Part shown: one piece after another, positions 1 through 11,477 of the stretch
How positions within the stretch are numbered: position 1 is the first letter of the stretch
How the letters are laid out: the number at the start of each line of letters is the position of its first letter
Assembly: GCA_964016885.1 (NCBI GenBank)
Contig: OZ024740.1
Span: forward strand, 240,436,001-240,500,000
Source of the DNA: Eledone cirrhosa
Lineage: Eukaryota
Direction: 5' to 3'
DNA: 64,000 nt
The notes under the pieces: model-generated
Told to the model about the DNA's origin: nothing
The model's input: only the letters and a program-made list of their open reading frames with translations
Databases searched by the model: none
Position numbers and translations under genes: made by a program

Positions 1-353
1 GATAGAAGATTTGCTTGCTTTGAAGTTGTCATAAGTGTGTGTGTGTGCGTGTGTGTGTGCGTGTGCGTGTGCGTGTCTGTGTGTGTGTATGTGAAAAGAC
101 AGACAAAGATTGTTCGTGTTAATTTCCTTACAAATTACAACCAAAACGGATGCTTTTGATTTCTTGGCTATTGTCGGTAACTTTTCTCCTTCAATTTATT
201 TTTATATGCTTTTCTTTCTTAAAATTCTTTAATTCCCCGGAGATGCCTTTTGCACAAAAATCATTTTAAACTGCCTAATTAGTAAGCGTTTTTCATTCAA
301 AATCTTTAGCCTCTCAGTGATTCAAGTATCTGGTAGGTATGAGTAGGACTATA

Positions 354-397
354 CTTAACTGAAGAAATCTATTAAATCTGAAACATGTTCCGAGTTG
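354..397 (+). ncRNA. degenerate hammerhead-like motif
   Basis: CTGAAGA(359)...GAAAC-AT-GTT with palindromic ACATGT, followed directly by a TA/TG tract; stems I and II are poor. Confidence 0.3.
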
Positions 398-399
398 TT

Positions 400-436
400 A
401 TATGTGTGTGTATATATATATATATGTGTGTGTGTA

Positions 437-515
<79 letters not shown>

Positions 516-550
516 GTGTGTGTGTGTATATATATGTGTGTATTTATATA
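400..550. repeat. (TA)n/(TG)n compound microsatellite
   Basis: seen directly. Confidence 0.95.
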
Positions 551-1111
551 TAAGGAAAGGTACTACATGCATACAAACATATAAGTGTATATATACTTTG
601 TTACCTCAGACAGATTTTAGTTTATTTCAACAGAGAACACGGGTAACTTCTCATTGACTATTAATATACAAAGTCAGCTGATATCTGGTAAAATTTGATA
701 GAAACTCTAGAGTACGTTAGAATTTATGAAATGTTGAATATTGCGTGTTTTAGTTTTAGATAGGTAAGGTAAAAGACCCTTAACGCTTGATGGAGTCTTA
801 GGGACGCTGTTTCTGAACATTTGAACCTGGCGGAGTCCATCTCTCTCCAAGTCGGAACACAACTGATTTCTTCCAGAGAAAGAAACTGATAAAAAGTAAT
901 AGAGAAAGAATCAAACCCATTGTTGGAACTTTATTCATCGACTCTGAAAGGACGACAGGCAAAGTTGACCTGGGCAGGATTTGAGCCCCAGAAAGAATGC
1001 CACAAAGCATTCTATTGACATTCTTATGGCTGGATTCATTATACTAATTATCCAAAGAATATACTGCTGTCAGATTTGAAATTGTTGTAGTTTCTCTTGT
1101 TGTTGTTGTTA

Positions 1112-1142
<31 letters not shown>

Positions 1143-1162
1143 AACCCTAAATCTACTCTGAA

Positions 1163-1201
1163 ATGGGGTGTTAACGGCTGGAGCAGCCGTTAACACCCCA
1201 T
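1163..1201. repeat. perfect 18-bp hairpin with 3-nt loop
   Basis: atggggtgttaacggctg-gag-cagccgttaacaccccat. Confidence 0.9.
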
Positions 1202-1373
1202 CATATTTTCAGGTATAGTTTATCTAAGACTATATTACCCAATATAGCTTTCCACATTTTTAAGATAAAATATGACTTGAGTTATTCTCAAAGAATACTA
1301 GATCGATTTTTTTGTTCCAGATCAGCAATAATCGAGCTGCCGTATAATCAAAAGTATTCCAGACGTTAACATA

Positions 1374-1463
1374 CGTCAATTTTGCAATCTGTTACTACAC
1401 TGTATAGTAACAGTGTAGTACACAGTGTAGTACACAGTGTAGTAACAGATTGCAAAACTGACG
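1374..1463. repeat. ~30-bp-arm inverted repeat with internal tandem acagtgtagtac units
   Basis: cgtcaattttgcaatctgttactacactgt ... acagtgtagtaacagattgcaaaactgacg. Confidence 0.85.
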
Positions 1464-1469
1464 GGATGT

Positions 1470-1511
<42 letters not shown>

Positions 1512-1513
1512 GT

Positions 1514-1952
<439 letters not shown>

Positions 1953-2127
1953 CTTCTGGAAGGATTCTCCCGGGATTCTCCGCAGTTCTGTCGTCATGGC
2001 CATCTTGATGGTTTCCACGTCCGGAAAATAGGTCCCCATGACTCACCCCCAGCGATGACTCTGCCCAGCATGTTTGGTTCGGTTTGAAGACACTCGAGGA
2101 TGACCCAACAAACCTACATGTGCCTCT

Positions 2128-2174
<47 letters not shown>

Positions 2175-2260
2175 GAAAAATTGAACGGGAACAAAACAGA
2201 GAGGCAGTACAAACAAATGTTTATTAATTTCACGCTCTTGAGAGTGGGGTGGTGGTGGGG

Positions 2261-2294
2261 AACGACGTTTCGGGCATAAGCCCTTCTTCAGGTG
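2261..2294 (-). ncRNA. minimal hammerhead (GAAACGUC type) in a short element of ~2172-2490 ending at (TA)n
   Basis: CUGAAGA-A-GGGC-uuau-GCCC-GAAACGUC; stem I only partly paired. Confidence 0.6.
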
Positions 2295-2500
2295 AAAAGT
2301 GTGTGGGAAGAGAGTTCAAAGGGTGTGTAGGGGGGGAGACATATAGCAAAAAGGGGGTGAGAGGAAACGGTGCAAATGAAATTAAAAATATATATATATT
2401 AATGAATGAAAAAAGAGTTAGTTGATTTGTGATCAAATTATTCTTATATATAACAGATGTGAAGCAATCAACGGTATAAAATTACCCGGAGTATTATTAT

Positions 2501-2610
2501 AATAATTGTTTCTACTTTAGGCACAAGGCCAGCAATTATCTCAGTGCATTACTGGTACTTTATTTTATAGACCCCGTAAGGATGAAAGGCAAAGTTAACC
2601 TCGGCGGGAT
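2501..2610 (-). mobile_element. 5'-truncated Meta-domain-like SINE
   Basis: reverse complement of ctttgcctttcatccttacggggtc...gtaccag...gccttgtgcc...gaaacaattatt. Confidence 0.85.
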
Positions 2611-2617
2611 ATAATAA

Positions 2618-3003
2618 TAGTAGTAATAAACAAAAGATATATACTTTATATCATCTCTATTTATTTCATTATATATATTTCGAAGGTGTGAAGTTTTATG
2701 TATAACATAAAGCAAAACATGTTCCCCTCAGACAAAACATATAGAAAATGTATAATTTTTTCCTGATATGCTGGTAGACAAACGAACTGGACAGATCGGT
2801 GATCACCAAGCATATGACTAGCACATATATGTGCTGAGGTCTTTCTAGTCATATGCCTGGCGGTCACCGATCTGTCCTGCATATCAGGAAAAAGTTATAC
2901 ATTTTCTATATATTTTCTCTGAGAAGAACTTTGCATCTTCGAAATATATATAATGAAATAAATAGAGAGATATAAAGTATATATTTTTCGTTTATTACTA
3001 TTA
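2618..3003. mobile_element. ~385-bp foldback of two outward-facing HHR-bearing arms
   Basis: arms are reverse complements with indels; degenerate cores CUGAGGG (2657-2744, -) and CUGAGAA (2906-2965, +), each followed by GAAAU-AUAU-AUA, an ~12-bp stem I and AATAAA. Confidence 0.75.
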
Positions 3004-3407
3004 TATATATATATACATGTGCCTCTCCTTCTGGTCATCGTTCAGCAGTTTCGGAACCATCTTCGCACAGATCATCAGCATGCCCAAATCTTCGGTGATA
3101 ATCTTCCAAATGCTGTCGCGGTTCATGCCCAGCTTACTTGCAATCAGTCGAACAGCCAGCCGACGATCACCATGCACCACTTGCCTCACGCGCTCAACGT
3201 TGGTCTCAGTCATGCTCGTTGAAGGCCTTTCGCTCATGGGGTCATCTTCTATGTCCTTCTTTGGATATTTTGTGCCACTTAAAAACCCATGTGAGTGACG
3301 TCGATTCATCTCCCTACACTTTCTGTAGTATTCCGAGTGCTTCTGACGGAGTTTTCTAGTCGGACTAGTAGTAGTAGTAGTAGGAGGAGGAGGGGGAGGG
3401 GGGAAGC

Positions 3408-3449
<42 letters not shown>

Positions 3450-4255
3450 TGGTGTTGTTGTTGTTTAACCCTGGGATAGCCCTGATCCAGCTGACATATA
3501 ACGTAGTTCTATCAATGACCATTTCTTTTTCTTCGGGACTACATTATCCAATGTATATTTTTAAAACGCAAGGGTACGATCGCGGGGGAGGGGGTTTACG
3601 TCCTTAGTTAACTTTGTTCAAGCAAATCTATGATTAATATTATTCCAGCCATGGCCAACTCGTCTTTTGTATCAAGCACCGTGTATTAAGGAATGCAATA
3701 TCAAATGTGTACTTCCCATTTTTTAAGATGATATAGTGTGGTTTGAGTTTTGGCTGTTATTTGGAAAGAGAAAGAGTGTGTGAGGGAGAGAGAGAGGGGG
3801 AGAACCAGCCGCAGTGCTGGACAGGTTACTTCAGTTATCGACCTTGAAAGGATGAAAGGCAAATTAACCTCGGCGAGGTTTGTACCCAGAGTACAATGAG
3901 CCAAAACAAATACCGAGGTATTTCTAATCAGATGTGCTAACGACTCTGCAATTCGCCACCTTGATCAGAGTAGACTTGGGGTAAACAATATGTCTTTGCA
4001 AAGGATGCGGCTAATTCTTTTTTCTCTGGAGTATTTAACAAACGCTTTCGAATTATTTAAGACTCCAATCCATCCAGAGTGGAAGAAAAATTTGTTCTAG
4101 ATATTGCTTTTTAACTATGTGTATTTCAGCCAAGCGGTCATTGTATCTATCGTCTTTATAAATCAATATGACTCACTTACCTCCCTTCGTCCAGCGATAT
4201 TAGATGATGGGGCGAGGTTGTGGTGGAGGTGCTACTTATCAACACCTGTATAAAC

Positions 4256-4630
4256 GGATTGGCAGTATCGGTAGAGGGTCGGGCGCCATGCTTTCCAGCA
4301 TAGTTACGTCCCTTTACGATCTGAGTTCAAATCACGCCGAGGTTGACTTTGCCTTTCATCCTTACGGGGTCGATAAAATAAAGTACCAGTAATGCACTGG
4401 ATAATTGCTGGCCTTGTGCCTAAAGTAGAAACAATTATTTACAGTAACAACAATAATAATTGTTTCTACTTTTGGCACAAGGCCAGCAATTACCCAGTGC
4501 ATTACTGGTACTTTATTTTATCGACCCCGTAAGGATGAAAGGCAAAATCAACCTCGGCGTGATTTGAACTTAGAATGGCAAGGGCCGTAACTCTATGCGT
4601 CAAAGCATGGCGTCCGATTCTCTACCGATA
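4256..4630. mobile_element. two Meta-domain-like SINEs tail-to-tail (4256-4440 +, ~4455-4630 -)
   Basis: tRNA-like head with B-box-like gagttcaaatc, central gcctttcatccttacggggtcgataaaataaagtaccag, ATT tail. Confidence 0.9.
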
Positions 4631-4744
4631 TAATGACAACTATAATGACGGCAATAATAATAAAAAATGGGTAACAAAATGAAAGAAAGACTAGGGAAAT
4701 ATAGAGAAAAAAAGAACGTGAAGGGGAGGGGATAGTAAGTGCTC

Positions 4745-5050
4745 TAGTGTCGCAGAAGAGAGGGGAGGGGTGAAAGAGGAGAGTAATTAGGCTTTGGGCC
4801 TAAGGCAAGATGGCCAGTTACACCCGCTGCAACAGCCACCCAACCACGAGGGGCTCCCTCCTCAGACGGGCCGCCGACGTTCCGATCTTGCATGCGAGCT
4901 CGGCAGTACGGAGTCCAAGTACGCCTGAGGTCTCGGCGGTGACCGGTGAGATGAGGACATTTGTATCGTTGTTTGTACTTCAAAAACAGTCATCTTTTTG
5001 GTAATGGGGAACATCCTAGTTTGTAGTGGTAGCAACCCTTCGTGGCGAAA
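4745..5050. other. GC-rich fragment of unknown origin, probably a LINE remnant
   Basis: composition contrasts with the flanks; no recognisable protein motif. Confidence 0.25.
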
Positions 5051-5629
5051 CAAATTTAAATGCCCACCACTAGTACTACCATCATTATTTTTCTTTCAAA
5101 TATAAATACAGGCTTTTTTAAAATTTAGAGAATATGACAATTTAACAAGCAGAGATTATAGCAGAAAATATTACAGTTACAGAAAACAACCAGCAGTGAT
5201 GAAAACGTTGATTTCAGTTACTAAAATTGTGTAAACAGAAACGAGAACACCATTGTTTCAATGTCATAATCAAGAAGAAACCAGCGAAGAAGGCTCAGTA
5301 CATGATCACTCTACTTGCTAGAAATAGCAGCCAAATTTCTCTCAAATCACATCCTGCTGTCTTAAATGTTGAAAAGTTACAATGGTAAATTATAGTCCGG
5401 GATACATTATACCGTTAAAAAAAGACGATTACCTCCAGAATGTCTTTCCTCGTAGATCTGCTAGATCGAGACCAGCTTGGTGGATTTTCCGTCGGTTTCA
5501 ACAATGATCAATCAATTGTTCGATAAACTTTCCTTCCGACTTGTTAAAGTAACGTGTTAGTGAGTGAATACTCCATAAACACGTGTACCCTTAATGTAAT
5601 TCTGAATTATACGTGCAATCTACCTGAGC

Positions 5630-5780
5630 GGCTTCCACAATTTCCATCTAAGCAATTTCGTTCAGAAAACTTAGATCGATACGAGACGATTGTAAAAGAC
5701 ATTTTCCTAAGATGACGTGAAGTGGGGTTGAATCCAGAGACCCATTTTCGCGAAGCGACATTCTTAACCATTCGGTCATG
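5630..5780 (-). mobile_element. decayed tRNA-derived SINE of a second family
   Basis: similar to 58000-58157 (ggcttccaca...cttaacca). Confidence 0.55.
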
Positions 5781-6175
5781 ATACATGCTAAGGTCTGACT
5801 TATCAAAGTAAAAATTATGTTTATGAAATCATAACAGAATGACTAAGCATGAATAAGTATGTTAATCATCCTTGTGTCATATATCATCACATGTGTACAT
5901 GTGTTCTACATATATTTTTATGCTTAATAAAATACTTCAAATTTCTTTATTGCTTATAAACTTTCACCATGTTCGGTACAATTACATTGTACACATTCCA
6001 AAGTTGTCAACGTATCTACCAAGGTTCAGACTTCCTCCCCGCTATATATATTCCGTTTTAATTTTTTATGAATTTGAATTTTGGAATTGTCTCCTTCGTC
6101 GTTCGTGACAGGAATTGTCACTAACGTTAATGATTCTTATTGCAACTATAATTTCAATTTATTATAAACCTAACG

Positions 6176-6297
6176 TTATTTTATCGACCCCGTAAGGATG
6201 AGAGGTTAACTTTGCCTTTCATCCTTACGGGGTCGATAAAATAAAGTACCAGTAATACACTGGGATAATTGCTGGCCTTGTACCAAAAGTAGAAACA
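6176..6297 (+). mobile_element. 5'-truncated SINE with an inverted duplication at its 5' end, flanked by a TSD
   Basis: 6176-6201 is the reverse complement of tcatccttacggggtcgataaaataa; TSD attataaac(c/t)taacg at 6161-6175 and 6298-6312. Confidence 0.85.
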
Positions 6298-7409
6298 ATT
6301 ATAAACTTAACGAGATCATATTTCAATTGATTATAAACCTAACGAGATCATATTCAGACATATGTTTGCATTCTTTAAAAGATGACTGATTTCAAACGAG
6401 CCTAGAATAAAAGGTTCGTTGATCTTCCAACAGGCTGGTGTATTTCGAGAGAAAGGGTTTTGTCATAGGATACTCTGGTCTGAATATTAGAAAACATCTT
6501 AAAAATTATTTATAATCTTGGCTGAGTTAATGTCAATAATGAAGAAGACCAAATGGGATGTATGTACTGATGTTCGCAATATTTACGGCATGCTCGGATG
6601 ACAATGAATTAGTCACACAAAACATGATCGATTAGTTATTGTTTCTTTCCTGTACTAAGATTATTGATTTTATGTTATCTGGAAACTTTCCTGGACCTGT
6701 TCATCATATATTACATATAGTACATCAAAGCTTATATATTGTATGATAGTTCAATACAACGTGGTACCTATTGACAATACTGGTTCAAATTTCTAACATT
6801 AGTGCAATATTTGCTTGCCACCTTCTCCAATATTTGTTCTTTTTTTTAACACTTTATTGATCCTTTATGTATAGAAATTGCCTGACAAAAGATAGCATAC
6901 ATCTTAAATACATTTTAATAACGATTGCTTGAGTACTTTTCAAGTAGCTTCCATTCTTAATCAACACAATGTGTTAGAGGACAGTTGCGTTAGATTACTT
7001 TCGGGCTTTTGTTTTATCCATTAATCTCCAGGTTTTAAAAAATCTGTTTATGAAATAGGAAACGATTCACGTCAATAGCTAGTTATCATTTTGAACACAG
7101 CCCTATTCATTCAATTAAATTTTCTTCTTTATATCGCAATTTGAAAGCAGACAATAGCATCGTTGCATACAGGTGGTTATAACAGGTCAAGCACTGATTC
7201 GTACCATTTCTAATAAAGAACTTAACTCGGTGTAAAACAAATATGTCGCTAATGGGGGAAGTACTAAATATCGTACGCAAAAAAAAACATTCTTAATTAA
7301 AATTGCTGTCTTAGCTGAAGAAAGAAAACAACTTAGCGGCAATTTTTAGCGAGTCTCAAAGAAAAACAGAGAAAAATTTAAGAAATTGAGAATAAATCTT
7401 TCAGAGTTA

Positions 7410-7559
7410 CCGTATTTCCCGGCGTCGAAGACGCTACTTTTTCCTAAAATAAGTCTCAAAAATCTACCATGCGTCCTGAAGGCCGAAGGTTGTTTATTAT
7501 TTTTTTTCAAATTTTTGGTTATCAAAATTAGAGTGCATCTTCGGCGCCGGGAAATAGTG
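7410..7559. mobile_element. MITE of the Tc1/mariner-pogo group
   Basis: TIRs ccgtatttcccggcgtcgaaga / tcttcggcgccgggaaatagtg, with TA on both sides. Confidence 0.75.
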
Positions 7560-8945
7560 TAATTTACATGCATAGCGGAAGAAATTTCAGCCCTTTTAAC
7601 TATGAACATGAGTTGGTCTTGTAGGTCTCATTTGCATGATATAGGCTAAACAAGCCGGCCTATCATTTGAGATATTTTTTTACACAGGAAAATTAGTCCG
7701 AATAATTTTTGGTTACTATAATGTTCATGATTAGAAAATTAAATCAGACCGTGAGAGAGTGTATGTGTTAGAGAGGGGGGAAGAAAGGGAGAGAGTGTGT
7801 TTGTGTGAAAGAAGGGGAAGAAAGAGAGAGTGTGTGTTTGTGTGAGAGAGGGGGAAGTAAGAGACAAAAATTCTTCGAAGAGATTGAACTCGTAGACATC
7901 TCGTTAGAATCCTCGAAAGAAAAGCTAGCTGAAATAAAGCAACAATTAGCAACAATATTTCAGGTTTAGAAAATAAAACAGAAATACATTAACATTTCCT
8001 TTAATAATTAAAAGATTTCCATGTCTGGAGTTGTCCACCGTATTTGCCAAAGATTAGAGCTAATTGATGATAGACCTCGAGCTATTTTCATCACTTCATT
8101 ACATGCATAATTCTAATCTTAATTAATTAAAATTTCGGAGTCACTCCTTTGGCTTGACCCAGATCTAATTAACACTAATCACTGACCAAAATTTTCCCCT
8201 CCTCATTGCAACAATAGCTTTAATGAATTTTTTTCTGATTACATTAAATATATTATCACTCACTCTATGACTTGAGTTTCATGACCTCTGAACCTTATTC
8301 TATCTCTTATCATCTACTTTACCTAACATAAAACATCCTTCAAGTCTATAAAGAAATGTGTTGTTGTCTTTTAGTCCAAGGAAACTGGTCATGTTCTGCA
8401 ACTTCAACAATTATTCTATAGCAGTATTTGTTAAGTTCAGTTGCTGTATAGAATTAAGAATCTAGTGTTTAGATATTTTGATGTCTGAGACTGAAAAAGA
8501 GATAAAGATGTTTTCACTTTAGTAATTAGTAAATAAATGAAGAAATTGAAGTGGAAAAGTGGTGTGGGCTGGAGTATGAGTGAAGACCGAGAACGAGAGA
8601 GAGGGGGAGAGAGAGGGAGGGTCGTAAAAAGGACAAAGGTCTGGAGAAAGGAGATGAACGAAGAAGGATGTATAGCAATAATATGATACTCTTTTCAATA
8701 AGGTTTCATTCGGTCTATCAAATGATCAATCTTGATCTTGTGTGGCCTCATAGATAAGTTTCTATTGTAATGGTTTTATAGGCTTCACAGTGTCTACAAT
8801 TTTGACATAAAAGTCGGCATCTTCCTATTCTGGAGACAGAATGAGCGATTCTGATAAATAGCAGCTATCGGAGTCAACAGGGAAGTTGTGGAAAGTATTT
8901 CAACCATTTACGATGTAGCCACTATATCACAAAGATCCCTGTGAG

Positions 8946-8979
<34 letters not shown>

Positions 8980-9850
8980 CTAAACAAGCGACTATCATCT
9001 CATTATAAAAACAATAAATACTATATTTTAAATCATTGAACACACGTATATATTACAACATCAGCCTTGTTTTGATGATAGCTTCGTAGGAGGCTATTAA
9101 CTTAATAAATATATTTTAATAACAATCATGTTTGTTTGTTCATTCATCGTCTTTTCACCCACCGCTTATATATGAAAGTTTTACCTTCTTCATAATCACC
9201 CACCAAGCCAACAACTTTACTACTATAACCTCTGTCACGCTCAAATGAACAACAATCGATTAACCTCTTCTCCAGAAAATATGAGTGGCCTTATGTCCCT
9301 TTTGATTTATAAACGGAAAAATGTGGGTAAAAGTGAGAAGAGAAGGCCAGAGAAAGATAATCGAAGTATGTATGTAGCCACAACTCCTGGTGGAGTCGTG
9401 GAGTCGCTGTAGTGAAATACGGCGTGTCTATGGAATTTTAAACTTGGCAGAGCCCAGCCCTTTTCCAGAGCTGAATACAGCCGATATCTTCTAATGAAGG
9501 AAAGAACGTGATAGAGAGGAAATTTGAAAGAGATATAGATGAAGAATCCAGCCACAGTACTGTACTGGTACTTTTTTAATCGACTTCGAAAGGATAAAAG
9601 GTAAATTTGACCCCAGCAAAATTTGAACTCAGAGAGCTGGAACGAATACCGCAGAACATTCTAGCCGACGTTCTAACGATTCGGTCAATTCGCTGCCTGA
9701 TAAACGAAATAGGGAGGAATCATTAAGTTTGTCCTCTATGTTAGTCTGACCTCGTAGAAGGTGTTATATTCAGTCATTTCTCTTACACGTGCTACCGACG
9801 TTACTCTACCTAGATTAATTCATTTTTCATCTCTTTATTCCTTCTAATCA

Positions 9851-10140
9851 GTGGACGTAGCATGGCCAAATGGTTAAAGTGTTTGCCTTGAAATCATTGA
9901 AACCCTGGGAAGCGTGTCATGTTTGTGTATGGATCTACCCATGTCTTGTGAGTGATATTGGATAGACGCAAACTGTTTGGAAGCCCGTCGGATGAACTGT
10001 ACCTGTAATTCAAAGAATTACGTTAAAGTCTTACACGTCTGTGGAATGCTCAGCCACATATACATTCATTTCATGAACAGGTTGTCTGTTGGTAAAACAA
10101 CTGGAACATACATCGTTAAAACCGACAGAGATCCATTCCT
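9851..10140 (+). mobile_element. decayed tRNA-derived SINE with 3' extension
   Basis: A-box-like tggccaaatggttaa and gacgcaaactgtttggaagcccgtcg. Confidence 0.55.
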
Positions 10141-10518
10141 TCTAATTAAGATAGCTTCAATATGTAAAGGGGTAATTTATGGACCAAGTGTGGTGTTGTG
10201 TCCTTGAGCAAGACTCGCGTTGCTCCAGTCCACGGGGACGTGCTGCGAGGAATAAGTAACGGGAGCGGAGGCACGACGGAAACATGGTCTGATATGGAAT
10301 AAAAAAAAATTGAAAGAAAAGAATTATATGGTGAATATTGTCAGGCAACGACATGATACTCTGCTGGTTCGGATCTATTCCTTGAATTTTTCTTTGAGCT
10401 TATTCTACAGGTCTATATTTTTTAATATAAAATATACAAGTTTGATAACTTTGATAGGTTTCGGGCAAACACACACACAAACACACACACACACACACAT
10501 ATATATATGTATATATAT

Positions 10519-10890
10519 AATCAAGGTTTAGCAAATAAGGAAAAAGTTTCAAAATAAATTTTAAAAAATTAACATTACTTACTATAGTTACCTTTACCGA
10601 ATCGGTTTCGAATCTCAAAAATAAACGGAGTCCATACGGCCTTCGTTGCAAAGAAAGATTCTCGTCAGAAGGTTCTTTACATTCGAAGAATATAAAATTC
10701 TCGAATTTAAATTACGAACTGGCGCTATTCAAAATTGTTCCCGAGATGAGAGTAAATGAAGTGGAATCAATTTTTTCAAGGGCCGAGTGTAAAGATAGAG
10801 GTAGAGGCAGGGAGGTCAGTTGGCTACCGCTATAACTAGCAGCAGTCAGAACGACCAAATTTTTTTTCTCAACATAGAGGAGAATAGAAA
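10519..10890 (-). mobile_element. family X element, longest copy
   Basis: homologous to 1581-1816 and 22845-23109; flanked by TA/CA tracts. Confidence 0.8.
10591..10672 (-). ncRNA. type I hammerhead ribozyme, family X
   Basis: CCUU-CUGACGA-GAAUCU...AGAUUC-GAAAC-cgauucg-GUA-AAGG; compensatory changes relative to 1662-1746. Confidence 0.85.
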
Positions 10891-10911
10891 TAATAGAATA
10901 TATATATATAC

Positions 10912-11090
<179 letters not shown>

Positions 11091-11477
11091 GTGCTATTAA
11101 GTTAGACATGGCCTGGGCCAATATTGCCCGAAACCTATCAAAGTTATCAAACTTGTATATATTATATTTTTAAAAATAGACGTCATATTTGAGAAAATTT
11201 CAAAATTGAGCCTTATTTATTACCTGTAGAATAAGCTCAAAGAAAAATTCAAGGAATAGATCCGAACCAGCAGAGTATCATGTCGTTGCCTGACAACATT
11301 CACCATATAATTCTTTTCTTTCAATTTGTTTGTCTCCGGTCTCTTCCCCTGCTCCCACTGTCCCCGGACCTGCAAGTCAAGGATCGGCCTCCACAGCCAC
11401 CTTCGTGCCCATGGCAGACGGGAACTAAAATAAAGAAGATGTCATCATCGTTTACGATGTCATCATCGTTTACGACG

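Noticed and set aside
372-657. ORFs rich in YI, CV, HT, ER or SL dipeptides here and at 1773, 10820, 15055, 20335, 28423, 42639 and 57143
   Set aside because: Translations of dinucleotide microsatellites
4204-4392. Recurring peptide ...VDFAFHPYGVDKIKYQ in many ORFs
   Set aside because: Chance frame through the SINE core, not a gene family
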